A stretch of DNA of 64,000 nt, taken from Chloroflexota bacterium. Its GTDB lineage: Bacteria; Chloroflexota; UBA11872; UBA12225; JAJDUF01. Below, piece after piece: positions 37,812 through 48,436 of the stretch (its first letter is position 1; every line of letters starts with the position of its first letter). The position numbers and the translations under genes are program-made. The stretch spans positions 821,395-885,394 of the forward strand of contig OZ243944.1 of NCBI GenBank assembly GCA_965214295.1, in the 5' to 3' direction. The notes under the pieces were generated by a model that saw only the letters and a list, made by a program, of their open reading frames with translations, was not told the DNA's origin and did no database searches.

Positions 37812-39782
37812 TCACCGCCCCCTCGCCCCTAGCCACCGGTCAATGGCGCCGAGGAGCCGCTCCGCCTCGTCGCACAGTTCCCCGGCAGCGCCCGGTCCGA
37901 GGCCGGCAAACCGCGCCGCGTCGCACCGCTCCAGCAGCTCCCGCACCGCCGCAGCCTGTGGCACGCCCCGCGCCCGCAGCAGGCGCTCGGCCTCTGCCGG
38001 AGTCAACCCAGCGACCGGAACGTCGAACGTCGCTGCCAGGTAGCTATGGACAGCTCGGATCGTGCGGGTAGCCTCCGTGGATGACACCGCCAGGTCTGCG
38101 CCACCATATCCTGTCGGAGGCATTGAATTGTGCAGACCTGGTGCGTCAGACTCATCGCTGCGCGTGGCGCGTAGCTCGCGCCGGGCCTCGCGTAGCGCCC
38201 GGCGCCGCCGCCGGTCGGCGGTGTCGGCGCCCGACCGCTGGCGCACGACGTGTGCGGCAGCGAGGCTGAAGTAGATCGCCATTGGGCCCAGCAGCGCAGC
38301 CAGCCACGCCGGATGGCGCAGCCGGTCCAGCAGCCCGCCCCCCTGATCCGTCAACACCCCGGCATCCTCGTAGTTGTGGGCAATTCCCTCTACCCGCGTC
38401 TCCACCTCGGTAGCCGCGGGCGCATCACCGCTCCCACCAACGGCGTCCGCTGCGGTGACTTCGCGCGTCGCACGCACGACCAGTGGGATGGACGCGCTCC
38501 GCACCGTCCGGTACACGCCTTGGTCCACGTCAAAGAGAGCTAACTCGAGCGGCGGGATTGCCGTTACTCGGTCGTCGAGGGCACGCACGGTCTGCGTGAA
38601 CACGGCGCTACCGTCCTGCACCACCGGCGCCGCCGGCTCATCCGACACCTTGAAGTTCTCGACGAGACTACGCTGCGTGTGCAAGGCCGGCGCGGGGATA
38701 GTGCCGAGCGGCTCCGGGCCGCGAATGCGGATGGTGAGCGTAATCGGATCGCCGACGTTGACCTCGGTCGGCGCCGCCGCCGTCTCGATGCTATAAGCGC
38801 CGACCAGTCCCGTAAAGCTGGGCGGGCGCGGCTCCGGCAGGGGTAGAACCTCCAGGTTCAGCTCGTTGGAGGGGACAACTAGCTTGCGCGTCACCTCGCG
38901 GCTGAACGGTGAGTTCCGGAAAAACGAGCTTCCCGAAAAGAAATCGTCGAAGAGGCTGCGGCTCGGTGTGCGGCCCGTCACGACGTTCAGCTCCACGGCC
39001 GCCGGTCCGATCCGAAACTGCCCCGTCTCCTGCGGGATCAGGACCTTCTCCAGCGTCAGCGTCGTGAATTGCTCCCCGTTCAGCGTGCTCTCCCCTCTAC
39101 GCGCTAGGACCTCGCTCCCAAGGAAATCCACCGCCAGATACTCCCCACTGAGCAAGCCTTGCCGTGCATCGGCCGGTGCCGCCGGGTCGCCGGCCGCGAA
39201 CGCGCCGGCCAGCGGCATGGATAGCGCAAACCCGCGCACGTTCTGCCGCAGGTACCAGGTCAGCTGGAGCTTCACCGGCTCGCCGACATACACCTGCTCC
39301 TTCTCCAACGCCAGCCTCAGCTTGAAGTCTTGATGCTCGGTCGGCTGGACAACGGTAATGGCCATGGGCTGCGTCCGGTACGTCCGGCCGTCTATCGTCA
39401 ATGTCGCCGCGGGAATGGTGTGCTGGCCGGGCGAGAGCGCCGTCATCCGGTATTGGAAGTAATACTGCTCGGTGACAGTCTCGGTCGTGCGACCGTTGAT
39501 GACGGAAATTGAGCGCGACGACACATCCCGGCCACCCTCATACCCCACCTCGAAGGCGTCGAGCGCCGGGAGTTGCGGCTCGACTTGCGGTGTCGCTCCC
39601 TCGACAATCACCCGATAGACAAAGCTCTCACCGGCATAGACCCGGTCGGTTTCGACCACCGCCCGCACGCTGATCGGCTCCGCGCCGGACGCCGGGACGG
39701 TCAGCGCCAGCACGAGCAGCACGGTGGCCACGGCCGCTACGGTGGCTACGATGGCCGTGAGTCGTCGCATTGGTCCGCTCAC
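37812..39782 (-). CDS. BatD-like oxygen-tolerance protein
   Basis: 656 aa; signal peptide, beta-rich ectodomain, C-terminal TM plus basic tail, in the operon position of BatD. Confidence 0.75.
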   Translation of the reverse strand: MSGPMRRLTAIVATVAAVATVLLVLALTVPASGAEPISVRAVVETDRVYAGESFVYRVIVEGATPQVEPQLPALDAFEVGYEGGRDVSSRSISVINGRTTETVTEQYYFQYRMTALSPGQHTIPAATLTIDGRTYRTQPMAITVVQPTEHQDFKLRLALEKEQVYVGEPVKLQLTWYLRQNVRGFALSMPLAGAFAAGDPAAPADARQGLLSGEYLAVDFLGSEVLARRGESTLNGEQFTTLTLEKVLIPQETGQFRIGPAAVELNVVTGRTPSRSLFDDFFSGSSFFRNSPFSREVTRKLVVPSNELNLEVLPLPEPRPPSFTGLVGAYSIETAAAPTEVNVGDPITLTIRIRGPEPLGTIPAPALHTQRSLVENFKVSDEPAAPVVQDGSAVFTQTVRALDDRVTAIPPLELALFDVDQGVYRTVRSASIPLVVRATREVTAADAVGGSGDAPAATEVETRVEGIAHNYEDAGVLTDQGGGLLDRLRHPAWLAALLGPMAIYFSLAAAHVVRQRSGADTADRRRRRALREARRELRATRSDESDAPGLHNSMPPTGYGGADLAVSSTEATRTIRAVHSYLAATFDVPVAGLTPAEAERLLRARGVPQAAAVRELLERCDAARFAGLGPGAAGELCDEAERLLGAIDRWLGARGR

Positions 39783-40999
39783 CAGTTCTTCTCCACCGGC
39801 GACGTGCGCGGCAGTATTCCCCGTTGCAGCTGCTCGCGCGCCGCCCGGTCCCGCCGTTCTTTATCCAAGATTTGCGCTGCCGTCGCATCCTGCGGAGTGG
39901 GCGCCGGTTGCTCCTGCTGCCCAAGAGCCGGCTGTTCACCGGCCCCCGCCCCCTCGGGCTGCGCCGCAGGAGTAGGACTTTGCCGACCTGACGCATCAGG
40001 CGTGTCCTCCTGCCCCTGTGACTGCTCCTGCGGAGCGCCGGCTGTTCCCGCGTCGTTGGGATCACGCAGCGCCTGCATCGCGGCTGCGATGTCCTCGGCC
40101 GCGGCGCGCTGGTGGGCGGCGGCTGAACGCGGCTCCTGGCCTTCCAGCCGCTCCTCGGCACGCTCTTGCTGGCTCTGCGCGTCTTGCAGCTTTTGCAAGG
40201 CTTCCTGGCGGCGCTCGTCGCCGGCATCCGGCGTTGCGGACGGTGACGGCGTTCCCGACGGTTGCGCCGACCCCGCCTGCTCTTGGAGCTGCTCTGCCGC
40301 GGCGGCAGTTTCCTCGCTAATCCGTTGCTGCTCTTGCCGGAGCTGCTGCAGTGCCTCCGCCGCGTCCGGCGGCGGCTCGTTTGCCAACTGCGTCGACCTG
40401 GCCGCGGCGTCTTCCTGTCGCTGCTGCAAGTTCCTGAGCTGCTCGGCTACCTCGTTCTGCGCTTGCTGCGCCTGCTGCTGGTCCTGCAGTTGATCGAGGA
40501 TGTCCTTGATGGCGAGCCGGACCACCTCGATGTTGCGGGCGGCCTCTTGGTCATGCGGAGTAAGCTCGAGTGCCCCCTGGTAAAACGCCACGCTTGCTTG
40601 GAGCGCGGAGAGTGCCTGCTGCACGTCACTCTCGCGCTGCGCCATGCCTTGCCGGAACTTACTGTTGCCGAGGTTGTACCGGGCCGCGGCCACAAGCTCC
40701 AAGTCCCGCGCCGTCCGATCCACCTGCCGGAAGCGTTGCTCCGCCTCGCCGTAGTCGCCCAAGGCATACTGAGCGACGCCCTGGTTGTAGGCCACCTCCG
40801 GCGAATCCGGGAGCTGGGCCGCTGCCGCGGTATAGGCCTCCAGCGCCGCCGCGTAGTCCTGCCGGTCGAAGAGCGCATTGCCCCGGCCGACCTCATCCCC
40901 CGGCCCGGCCGCGGGCCGGCCTGGGGGAGCGCACGCACTCAACGCGGCCCCCCACAGCACAATGAGGAGGACAATGGCGCTAGGTCGTCTTGCGTTCAC
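39779..40999 (-). CDS. BatC-like TPR protein with Gln/Glu-rich coiled-coil tail
   Basis: Lipoprotein-like signal, TPR repeats, then a long EQ-rich low-complexity region. Confidence 0.7.
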   Translation of the reverse strand: MNARRPSAIVLLIVLWGAALSACAPPGRPAAGPGDEVGRGNALFDRQDYAAALEAYTAAAAQLPDSPEVAYNQGVAQYALGDYGEAEQRFRQVDRTARDLELVAAARYNLGNSKFRQGMAQRESDVQQALSALQASVAFYQGALELTPHDQEAARNIEVVRLAIKDILDQLQDQQQAQQAQNEVAEQLRNLQQRQEDAAARSTQLANEPPPDAAEALQQLRQEQQRISEETAAAAEQLQEQAGSAQPSGTPSPSATPDAGDERRQEALQKLQDAQSQQERAEERLEGQEPRSAAAHQRAAAEDIAAAMQALRDPNDAGTAGAPQEQSQGQEDTPDASGRQSPTPAAQPEGAGAGEQPALGQQEQPAPTPQDATAAQILDKERRDRAAREQLQRGILPRTSPVEKNW

Positions 41000-42005
41000 G
41001 GATGAATGCCTCCCCTACTAGGAGCGCCAGGGCCAGCAACAGGAAAATTTGGTATCGCTCGTCATAGCGAATTACCGATTGCGACTGAGCTTCGCGCCGC
41101 GCCGCTGCTTTGACAAACTGCTCGTACACCTGGTCCAGGTTGATATTGCCGGTGGCGACGTTGAGGTACTTGCCATCGTGCGACGCAAGAGCGGTCTTGC
41201 GTAGCGTCTCGCCGTCCAGCTTGCTCCGCACCTCCTCGCCCTTGTAGGTCAGGAAGGTGCGTTGGCCGGCCTCGTCGGTGATGGGAATCCGTCTGCCGTC
41301 GCCCTCGTCACCGAGGCCGATAGCGATGATGCGGACCCCCGCCGCGCTGGCCTGTTCGGCAGCCTGGATGGGGAAGCTCTCGTGATCTTCTCCGTCGGTG
41401 ATGAGGATGATGTCCTTGAACCCGCGCTCGCTGTCGTCGAACACCTCGTTTAGGGCCACGCGAATGGCATCGCCTATGAGCGTGCCGCCGCGAGAGACAC
41501 TCTCCGGTGCAAGGTCTCGGAGCGCCAGGCGCATGAAGCTGTAGTCCAACGTGAGCGGGCTTTTCACGACGGCCGTGCCGGCAAACGCCACCAGCCCTAC
41601 GCGGTCCCCTTCCAAGGTGTCCAGCACGTCCGCAATGGCCAGCTTGGCCCGCTCCAAGCGGTTGGGAGCGAGGTCCTCGGCCAGCATGCTGCGCGACACG
41701 TCCACGACGAACACAACGTCACGTCCCAAGCGTTGCAGCTGCTCCGGCTGGGGATTCCACCGCGGCCGCGCCAGAGCGACGGCAATCAACCCCAGCGCCA
41801 GCAGAACCAGCGCCGCCTTGACGATCTGGCGCGGCCGGCTGACCGAAACGTTCACCACGGGGAGCAGCCCCGGCTCCCGGATGAACGTCCGCAGCGCCAC
41901 GCTCTTGCGGTGGAAAGCGTAGGCATAGAGCGCCGCCAGCGCCGGGAGCAGCCATAAAGCGTGCAGCCATTCGGAGTTGTGCATCAGGGCGCTCTCCGTA
42001 GCCAC
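40980..42005 (-). CDS. VWA-domain protein BatB
   Basis: Two N-terminal TM helices plus a vWFA domain (DVSRSMLAED, MIDAS). Confidence 0.8.
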   Translation of the reverse strand: MATESALMHNSEWLHALWLLPALAALYAYAFHRKSVALRTFIREPGLLPVVNVSVSRPRQIVKAALVLLALGLIAVALARPRWNPQPEQLQRLGRDVVFVVDVSRSMLAEDLAPNRLERAKLAIADVLDTLEGDRVGLVAFAGTAVVKSPLTLDYSFMRLALRDLAPESVSRGGTLIGDAIRVALNEVFDDSERGFKDIILITDGEDHESFPIQAAEQASAAGVRIIAIGLGDEGDGRRIPITDEAGQRTFLTYKGEEVRSKLDGETLRKTALASHDGKYLNVATGNINLDQVYEQFVKAAARREAQSQSVIRYDERYQIFLLLALALLVGEAFIRERKTT

Positions 42006-43048
42006 GTGTTGCTCAGGACGATCTCGGATAGCAGCAAGAGGCCCGCCACCAGCGCGTAGGGTAGGAACGCTTCATCGTGCCGGGAAAACTCCAGCGTCTC
42101 GATCTCCGTCTTCTCCAGACGGTCAATCTCCCGATAGACATTCCGCAGCGCGTCGCCGTCGGCCGCCACGAAGTACCGACCACCGGAAACCTCGGCGACG
42201 GTCCGCAAGGTCGCCTCGTCCATTCCGCCGGTCGGTACCCGCACGGTGCCCAACGGAGTCTGCACGGTGATGAACTCCTCGCCGCCCCCGATCCCGATGG
42301 CATAAATCTTGATTCCCCAGTCGCGGGCCAGTGCGGCGGCCTGGCCGGGCGTCAGGTCACCGGCGTTGTTGCGCCCGTCGGTGAGCAGGATGATTGCTTT
42401 GCTCTTGATCTTGAAGGCATCGGCGTTGCCGCTTTCCGTCCAGCGAGCGAGGTCTTCCTCGGCCCGTTTGAGACGCGCGGCAGCGAGTGCCAAAGCATCA
42501 CCGATGGCCGTCCCGTCTTCCGCCTCGAATTGGACGATCTTGGTGCCGCGCACAAACTGCACCAGGGCATCGTGCGCCCGCACCAGCGGCGCGGCCGTGT
42601 CGGCAAACCGGGCAAAGGCGATCATGCCGACGAGGTCATGCGGCCGGCCGGGGAGATCGTCACCGTTGCCCACGACGAACTCGGTAAACACCCGCTTGAC
42701 CACCTCCAGCCGGTTCAGGCGCTCACCCTCGAAATCCATCTCCGCCCGCATGCTGCTGGAGCGATCCACGACCATCTCCAGGGCTACGCCCTCCGTGGAC
42801 ACCCGTGCCTCGGATCGGCTCGTCTGCGGCCGGGCGATGGCGACGACGAGCAAGGCGAGCGCAGCCAAACGCAAGATCAGCAGCAGCGGTCTAGCCCGCA
42901 GACGCACACTGCGCCGCAGGCTGCCGACGTGCCGGAGCGACGAAAACCGCACGGTAGCTGTGCGCCCACGCCGCAGATAGAACCACGCCACCAGCGGCAG
43001 CAGCGTAAGCAGCAGAAACGCTTGGGGCGCTGCAAAACGCACAATCAC
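41984..43048 (-). CDS. VWA-domain protein BatA
   Basis: N-terminal TM helices plus vWFA (VVDRSSSM... MIDAS). Confidence 0.8.
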   Translation of the reverse strand: MIVRFAAPQAFLLLTLLPLVAWFYLRRGRTATVRFSSLRHVGSLRRSVRLRARPLLLILRLAALALLVVAIARPQTSRSEARVSTEGVALEMVVDRSSSMRAEMDFEGERLNRLEVVKRVFTEFVVGNGDDLPGRPHDLVGMIAFARFADTAAPLVRAHDALVQFVRGTKIVQFEAEDGTAIGDALALAAARLKRAEEDLARWTESGNADAFKIKSKAIILLTDGRNNAGDLTPGQAAALARDWGIKIYAIGIGGGEEFITVQTPLGTVRVPTGGMDEATLRTVAEVSGGRYFVAADGDALRNVYREIDRLEKTEIETLEFSRHDEAFLPYALVAGLLLLSEIVLSNTWLRRAP

Positions 43049-43057
43049 GCCTCCAAT

Positions 43058-44068
43058 TCAGGCCGCAGCCTCGACCACGACCTGTCGTTCCTCGGTCCTG
43101 GTCTGCTCGATGAATGTCCGGGCCGTGTCGAACGTCCGTTGGACCTCCGCTGTCGTCGGGGTAAGCTCGGCGAACTTCACCTGATCGCAGTGCGCGAGAA
43201 AGTTGCCGAGCGTGTCCGCCTGAGCCGTCGTGAACACGGCCGACCGCCGGGCCTCGCGCAGAAACTCCTCCGTCGTCCGTTCGGGCGCGTGGAGCGCGAA
43301 CCGATCCTCGATGTATTGGCGCAGAATCTGCGACACCTCCCGGTAAAACGCCTTCACTTCTCCCCGTTCGACGAGGTTCCGCTCCGCCAGCCGCTCTAGC
43401 TTGGCGGACGCCAGCTCGTCCGCCGTGTAGTGCAGCGCCGCCGCCGGCCGTTGCCGGCGCCGCCGGACATAGAGCACTCCCAAAGCGCCCAGCGCGAGCA
43501 CGGCGCCGCCGGCGATCCACAACCACGTGCGCGAGGAGGACGGCAACGCGACGACCGACTTGATCGGTCCCACGGTCAATGCGCTGCGTTGGTCGTCGAG
43601 CAGCGAGGTCACCTCTACCGGGATACGCTCGGTGGTGAGCGTGAAAGAGTCCGGCGCTGTGCCGTCGCCGCGGCCGGCGTGGGCACGGACGCTGAAGGTC
43701 AACGGCGGAATCTCATAGCTTCCCGACAGGAACGGGTGTAGCTCGTACTCCCGCGTCGTGACGTGCCGGCCCTGATCGTCGAGCGATACCGGCGCCGACG
43801 TCTGGTCGCCGATGGACCAGCCGCCAAGCTGCTGACCGAGCTGCGGCTCAACCAGCGTATAGCCCTCCTGCAGCACGGTCACAACCACGAGACGCAGGTG
43901 CTCGGCGATAGTGATGGTGTCCTTGTCGAGACGAACCCGGACCGTGAGCGGCCCACGCTCGAACGGGCGGTCCACGGCAAACGCCGGCGTCTCCGCCGCA
44001 CTCATCTCACCGACCTCGCACCCGACAGGGAGCAGGGCAAGCACGATGAGTACCCCCACCACCACCGG
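43058..44068 (-). CDS. DUF4381-like membrane protein of the MoxR/Bat operon
   Basis: Single N-terminal TM, extracytoplasmic domain, second TM plus RRRRQR stop-transfer. The ORF's 5' extension to 44170 is repeat-derived. Confidence 0.55.
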   Translation of the reverse strand, partial: PVVVGVLIVLALLPVGCEVGEMSAAETPAFAVDRPFERGPLTVRVRLDKDTITIAEHLRLVVVTVLQEGYTLVEPQLGQQLGGWSIGDQTSAPVSLDDQGRHVTTREYELHPFLSGSYEIPPLTFSVRAHAGRGDGTAPDSFTLTTERIPVEVTSLLDDQRSALTVGPIKSVVALPSSSRTWLWIAGGAVLALGALGVLYVRRRRQRPAAALHYTADELASAKLERLAERNLVERGEVKAFYREVSQILRQYIEDRFALHAPERTTEEFLREARRSAVFTTAQADTLGNFLAHCDQVKFAELTPTTAEVQRTFDTARTFIEQTRTEERQVVVEAAA

Positions 44069-44188
44069 CGCAGGTACGGGCCATGTCGTAGGGGCACAGC
44101 ATGCGGCACCCGGGCCCCTGCGGAGCGAGGGGACCATAGGGGTGCCGATGTTGCATCTACCCACAACCATTGTGCCGTTCCGTTCAGC

Positions 44189-45064
44189 CTACCGTCGGCG
44201 TTCCCGTGTGTGGAAAAATCGCACCAGGTCCTGCACATACGAGGTGCCGGTGGAGAGGGCAATAGAGTCGGCCCCGATCCGCCGCAGATCGCTGTGCAGT
44301 TGCTGGGCCTCCCGCTGCGCGCCGGCCCGGTACTCGTCGCGCACCCGTGCGCTGCGCGTATCTATCAGCAGCGTTTCACCTGTCTCCGCGTCCTCTAGCT
44401 CGATCAACCCGACGTCCGGTAGCTCCCGCTCGCGGTGGTCCTCGATGGTCACGGCGATCAGGTCGTGGCGGCGGCTGACCCGCCGCAGCGGCCGGTGAAA
44501 GTCCGAGGCGATGAAGTCCGACACCAGGAACACCACCGCCCGCCGCTTGAGCACCTTGGCCAGGTAGTCCAGGGCGCCGGGAATATCCGTCTCGGCCGCG
44601 CGCGGCTCGAAGCTGAGGAGCTCGCGGATCACCCGCAGGACGTGGCGGATGCCCTTTTTCGGCGGGATGTATAGCTCGATCCGCGCGGTGAAGATGAGCA
44701 GCCCCACCCGGTCGTTGCTCTTGGTGGCTGCAAAGGCCAACACCGCGCACACCTCCGCCGCCAGCTCGTTCTTGAGCCGCTCGACCGAGCCGAACCGACC
44801 GGAGGAGCTGAGGTCAACAACTAGCATGACGGTCAGCTCCCGCTCCTCCACGAACTGCTTGACGAACGGAGCGCCGGCGCGAGCCGTCACGTTCCAGTCA
44901 ATGGTGCGTACCTCGTCACCGGGCTGGTACTCACGCACCTCGGCGAACTCCATACCGCGGCCCTTGAAGGCACTCTCGTACTCACCGGCAAAGGCCTCAT
45001 TGACCACGCGCCCCGTGAGAATCCGAAGACGATGAACCTGCCGCATCAGCTCGTTAGAGATCAT
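44189..45064 (-). CDS. DUF58 family protein (MoxR-associated)
   Basis: VREYQPGDEVRTIDWNVTAR motif. Confidence 0.85.
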   Translation of the reverse strand: MISNELMRQVHRLRILTGRVVNEAFAGEYESAFKGRGMEFAEVREYQPGDEVRTIDWNVTARAGAPFVKQFVEERELTVMLVVDLSSSGRFGSVERLKNELAAEVCAVLAFAATKSNDRVGLLIFTARIELYIPPKKGIRHVLRVIRELLSFEPRAAETDIPGALDYLAKVLKRRAVVFLVSDFIASDFHRPLRRVSRRHDLIAVTIEDHRERELPDVGLIELEDAETGETLLIDTRSARVRDEYRAGAQREAQQLHSDLRRIGADSIALSTGTSYVQDLVRFFHTRERRR

Positions 45065-45133
45065 GGAGTCTCCCGATCACCAGATCGGCACCATCGAATG
45101 CCAGCGGTAGCGCAGACCCGGCGCGTCACCGGC

Positions 45134-46126
45134 CTACGGTACGAGCACATGATCGAATATCTGCTTGACCAAGTCGTCGGCGGTCCGCTCTTCCGCCTCG
45201 GCCTCGTAGCTCGGGATGAGCCGGTGGCGCAGCACGTCCGGCCCGATGGTTTTCACGTCCTGGGGCGTGACGTAGCCGCGCCCCAGCAGGAACGCATACG
45301 CCTTGGCCCCGAGGGTGAGGGCGATAGTGGCTCGCGGCGAGGCACCGTATTCGATCAGGTGAGCCAGATCGAGCCCGTATTCGCCCGGCGTCCGGGTGGC
45401 CTGGACAATATCTACGATGTAGTCCTTGATCTTGTCATCCACGTAGATTTCGTCCACCACCATTCGCGCCTGCAAGATGTCCTCCGGCTGCACCACCGGC
45501 TCCACGTCCGTCTTGGGCTGCGTCGAGGCCATGCGGTCCAGTATCCGGCGCTCTTCCTGCTTCGAGGGGTACGTCACCTTGAGCTTGAGCATGAAGCGAT
45601 CCACCTGAGCCTCGGGCAGTGGGTAGGTGCCTTCCTGCTCGATTGGATTCTGGGTAGCGAGCACGAGGAACGGCTCCACGAGCGCATAGGACTCATCACC
45701 CAGCGTGACCTGCTTTTCCTGCATCGCTTCCAGGAGGGCGCTCTGGACCTTCGGTGGGGCACGGTTGATCTCGTCTGCCAAGACGAGATGGGCAAAGATC
45801 GGCCCCTTCTTCGGCGTGAAGGAGCCATCGCGCGGGTTATAGATCAGCGTCCCGATGAGGTCCGCCGGCAGTAGGTCCGGAGTGAACTGAATCCGCTGAA
45901 ACTGCGCTTGGATGGCCTGCGCCAGGGTAGTCACCATCAGGGTCTTTGCCAGCCCCGGCACCCCTTCTAGCAACACATGTCCGCCGGTGAGCAACCCGAC
46001 AAGCAGACGCTCGATCATATACTGTTGCCCGACAATCACTTCTTCCAGCGCGAACATGAGCGTTCTCAGGAAGTGGCTGTGATCTTCGACTGCTCTCCCA
46101 ATCTGCTTTACGTCAACGGCCATCAC
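45134..46126 (-). CDS. MoxR-family AAA+ ATPase
   Basis: Walker A GVPGLAKT, Walker B LADEINRAPP, sensor motifs. Confidence 0.93.
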   Translation of the reverse strand: MMAVDVKQIGRAVEDHSHFLRTLMFALEEVIVGQQYMIERLLVGLLTGGHVLLEGVPGLAKTLMVTTLAQAIQAQFQRIQFTPDLLPADLIGTLIYNPRDGSFTPKKGPIFAHLVLADEINRAPPKVQSALLEAMQEKQVTLGDESYALVEPFLVLATQNPIEQEGTYPLPEAQVDRFMLKLKVTYPSKQEERRILDRMASTQPKTDVEPVVQPEDILQARMVVDEIYVDDKIKDYIVDIVQATRTPGEYGLDLAHLIEYGASPRATIALTLGAKAYAFLLGRGYVTPQDVKTIGPDVLRHRLIPSYEAEAEERTADDLVKQIFDHVLVP

Positions 46127-46531
46127 GTCCTACCTCCACGGCGACCACCCCCGACTTACGATTTTAAGCGACTCACGTCGCCTCCACCATACGCACAAAA
46201 CTGTCCTGGCCCCCTTCCCTATAGTCCCGCTGCTCCGCAGGGGGACTATAGGGGGGCCTTCATTGGAGCAGCTGGTTACGGCCCCATACCCCATTACCCG
46301 CTCGCCTCCGGCAGACTCCCCCTCTCCATACACGCGGAGAGGGGCTTAGGAGTGAGGAGAGCTGGCCGCGACCGGCAGTACGACTAGAGACCATTGTGCG
46401 GCGTGGAGGTTCCGGGCCGGTTGCGAGCAGATTACAGCCTCGCAACCGGCCGTCGGAGGGGCAGCGCGGGGCAAGGTAGAGAGCAAAGGAAACAGCCCGT
46501 CGGATTGCTCCGACGGGCCGTTCTCCAGTAG

Positions 46532-46605
46532 TATCCCCGGAGGGATTCGAACCCCCGACCTCTTGGTTCGTAGCCAAGCGCTCTGTCCAGCTGAGCTACG
46601 GGGAT
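46532..46605 (-). tRNA. tRNA-Arg (anticodon ACG), CCA not encoded
   Basis: Reverse complement folds as acceptor ATCCCCG/CGGGGAT, D-arm GCTCAGCTGGACAGAGC, anticodon loop CTACGAA, T-arm GGGGGTTCGAATCCCTC; closely parallels E. coli tRNA-Arg(ACG). Confidence 0.75.
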
Positions 46606-46762
46606 AGCCGCGGGCGCCGCACATAACCTGCCGGCGAGACACCCGACGCCATAGAGTATTGTAGTGAACTCCCTCACCGGAGGTCAACTACGCTTGCCGT
46701 GGTCGGCGCCCGCGTGCCGGTCTCGTGCCGGTACGGAATACGGCGACAACGCTTGGGCATCG

Positions 46763-48436
46763 CTACCCTCCCCGGTTCCACAGTTCGGCGCGCTTGAGGA
46801 ATACGGACGGGTCTGCCACCCACTCACCATAGCCGATACGCCGGTTGTCCGTCAGCCAATTGATCTTCTCGTCGAGGCAAGCGGCCAGGGCCGCATCGCT
46901 CACGGCCAGTGTAAAGCCGCCGAACTCAACCGCGTCATCGAGGGCAGTGACCACGAATACCCCACCGGCAACGTGGGCAGCGTCACGGTTGCCGATCTCG
47001 CCTCTGGCCAGCGCGTCTATCGTACCGGCACCCAGGGCCGCCAGTAGCTCCGTTTCACCGGCCACGTCACCGAGATAGACTACTTGCGGCATGGCTTCCA
47101 TGGGAGGCTGGAGGTGCCGCCGGCCCGCGAGATTCGGCGACTCGCCGGCGGCAGTGATGACGTACGCCGCGCTGCCGTCGGCAACCACCGTGCCCTGCGG
47201 CGTTTCGATGCGCGTACCGACGGCCAGCACACCGTTGGCGTCAACGAGGCCCGTCAGCTCCAGCAGGCGGAACTCCCCTGTGGTACCGGCCAGCGCGCCG
47301 ACGCGCACGTCGCTGGTCAGGTCGTCATGCGTGGCTAGGCGCTCCGCGTCTGCGGCGCGTACCAGGAGCGACTGGCGAAACGCGATATGGCCCGACGTAA
47401 AGGCGACTACCGGCCGGCCCGTCGCGTCGCGGGTTCGAGAATCGAGAATCGTGATGCCGCCGCCGATAATATCGTATTGCGGGCCGGCGGATCGCAGCCA
47501 GATGCCGTCCCACACGTCAATACCGCGGCGAGAGAAAGACAGCCCGGCACCATCCAAGGCTTCGAGCGCGGTCAACAGATCCGCTTCATAGCCACGGTGG
47601 ATATGGAAGCCGGCGGCGGCCGGGTTTTCGTCGGCGCTGTAGCTCACCGGCTCGAAAAAGGCATAGAAGCCGACGTTGAGCGCGCGGTCGCCATCCGTGC
47701 AGGCCGGCGGGCTGGGCAAGCGCCTAATCGCCACGACCGCCACCGGGTTGCGCCAGTCGTGCTGGGCCGGGTCGAGCCCCCCGCCACCGTGAACGCCCGC
47801 GTGGACGTGGACGTAGCCCTCAGCTGCCGCAGTATCGTCGTGGACATGGTTGCCACAGGCCGGGCCGGGGATGTAGGCACAATTCTCGCTGTTGGCCTCG
47901 CTGCCCGCGTCGTAGGCGACCAGCGTCATCCGCCGGTTGTAAAGCTCCACACCGTTCGCGCCGATGAAGGCGTCGTTGGTGTTCACCAACATGCCCGCCA
48001 GGGAGAGATACCGCGCCTTGCCCTGGACCGTGATTGTGGCCGTGACGGTCTTGCCCGGCAGGATCGGCCCGCTGTCGCTGGTGACGAACTGGGCCGAGCC
48101 GACCTGCTCGTTCGTTGCCGGGTTCCACGCCGCCATAAGACCGGCAGCGTCGGCATCCTCGGCCATGGCTGCCAGCGCCGCGCTGGCGGGCTGGCCGAGC
48201 GTGTAGAGCGGCTCCACGCCCTTCGTATGCGTAGCCAGGAAGATGGGCGAGAGGGGCTGCCCGCGGGTCAGATTGGTGATGGAAACCTCGTAGGTGACTG
48301 CCTGTGTAGCCACGCCGCTGTCACCGCCGGCAATGACCAGGCCCCAGGTCAGCCCGGCCAGCGCAGCCACGCCGACCAAGGCGGCGGCGAGCTTTCTCCC
48401 CAGAGCAAAGGGCAAAGGTAAAGTGTTCGCACGCAT
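46763..48436 (-). CDS. secreted protein: N-terminal spondin-N-like domain fused to a periplasmic solute-binding (SBP family 3-like) domain
   Basis: Signal peptide; VTYEVSITNLTRGQPLSPIFLATH spondin_N-like; C-terminal half resembles polar amino-acid-type binding proteins. Confidence 0.6.
   Translation of the reverse strand: MRANTLPLPFALGRKLAAALVGVAALAGLTWGLVIAGGDSGVATQAVTYEVSITNLTRGQPLSPIFLATHTKGVEPLYTLGQPASAALAAMAEDADAAGLMAAWNPATNEQVGSAQFVTSDSGPILPGKTVTATITVQGKARYLSLAGMLVNTNDAFIGANGVELYNRRMTLVAYDAGSEANSENCAYIPGPACGNHVHDDTAAAEGYVHVHAGVHGGGGLDPAQHDWRNPVAVVAIRRLPSPPACTDGDRALNVGFYAFFEPVSYSADENPAAAGFHIHRGYEADLLTALEALDGAGLSFSRRGIDVWDGIWLRSAGPQYDIIGGGITILDSRTRDATGRPVVAFTSGHIAFRQSLLVRAADAERLATHDDLTSDVRVGALAGTTGEFRLLELTGLVDANGVLAVGTRIETPQGTVVADGSAAYVITAAGESPNLAGRRHLQPPMEAMPQVVYLGDVAGETELLAALGAGTIDALARGEIGNRDAAHVAGGVFVVTALDDAVEFGGFTLAVSDAALAACLDEKINWLTDNRRIGYGEWVADPSVFLKRAELWNRGG

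Noticed and set aside
43058-44170. Longer 370-aa version of the DUF4381-like gene starting at 44170.
   Set aside because: The first about 35 codons translate a gtaggggca... palindromic repeat (CCAPTTWPVP...), so an internal start near 44068 was preferred.
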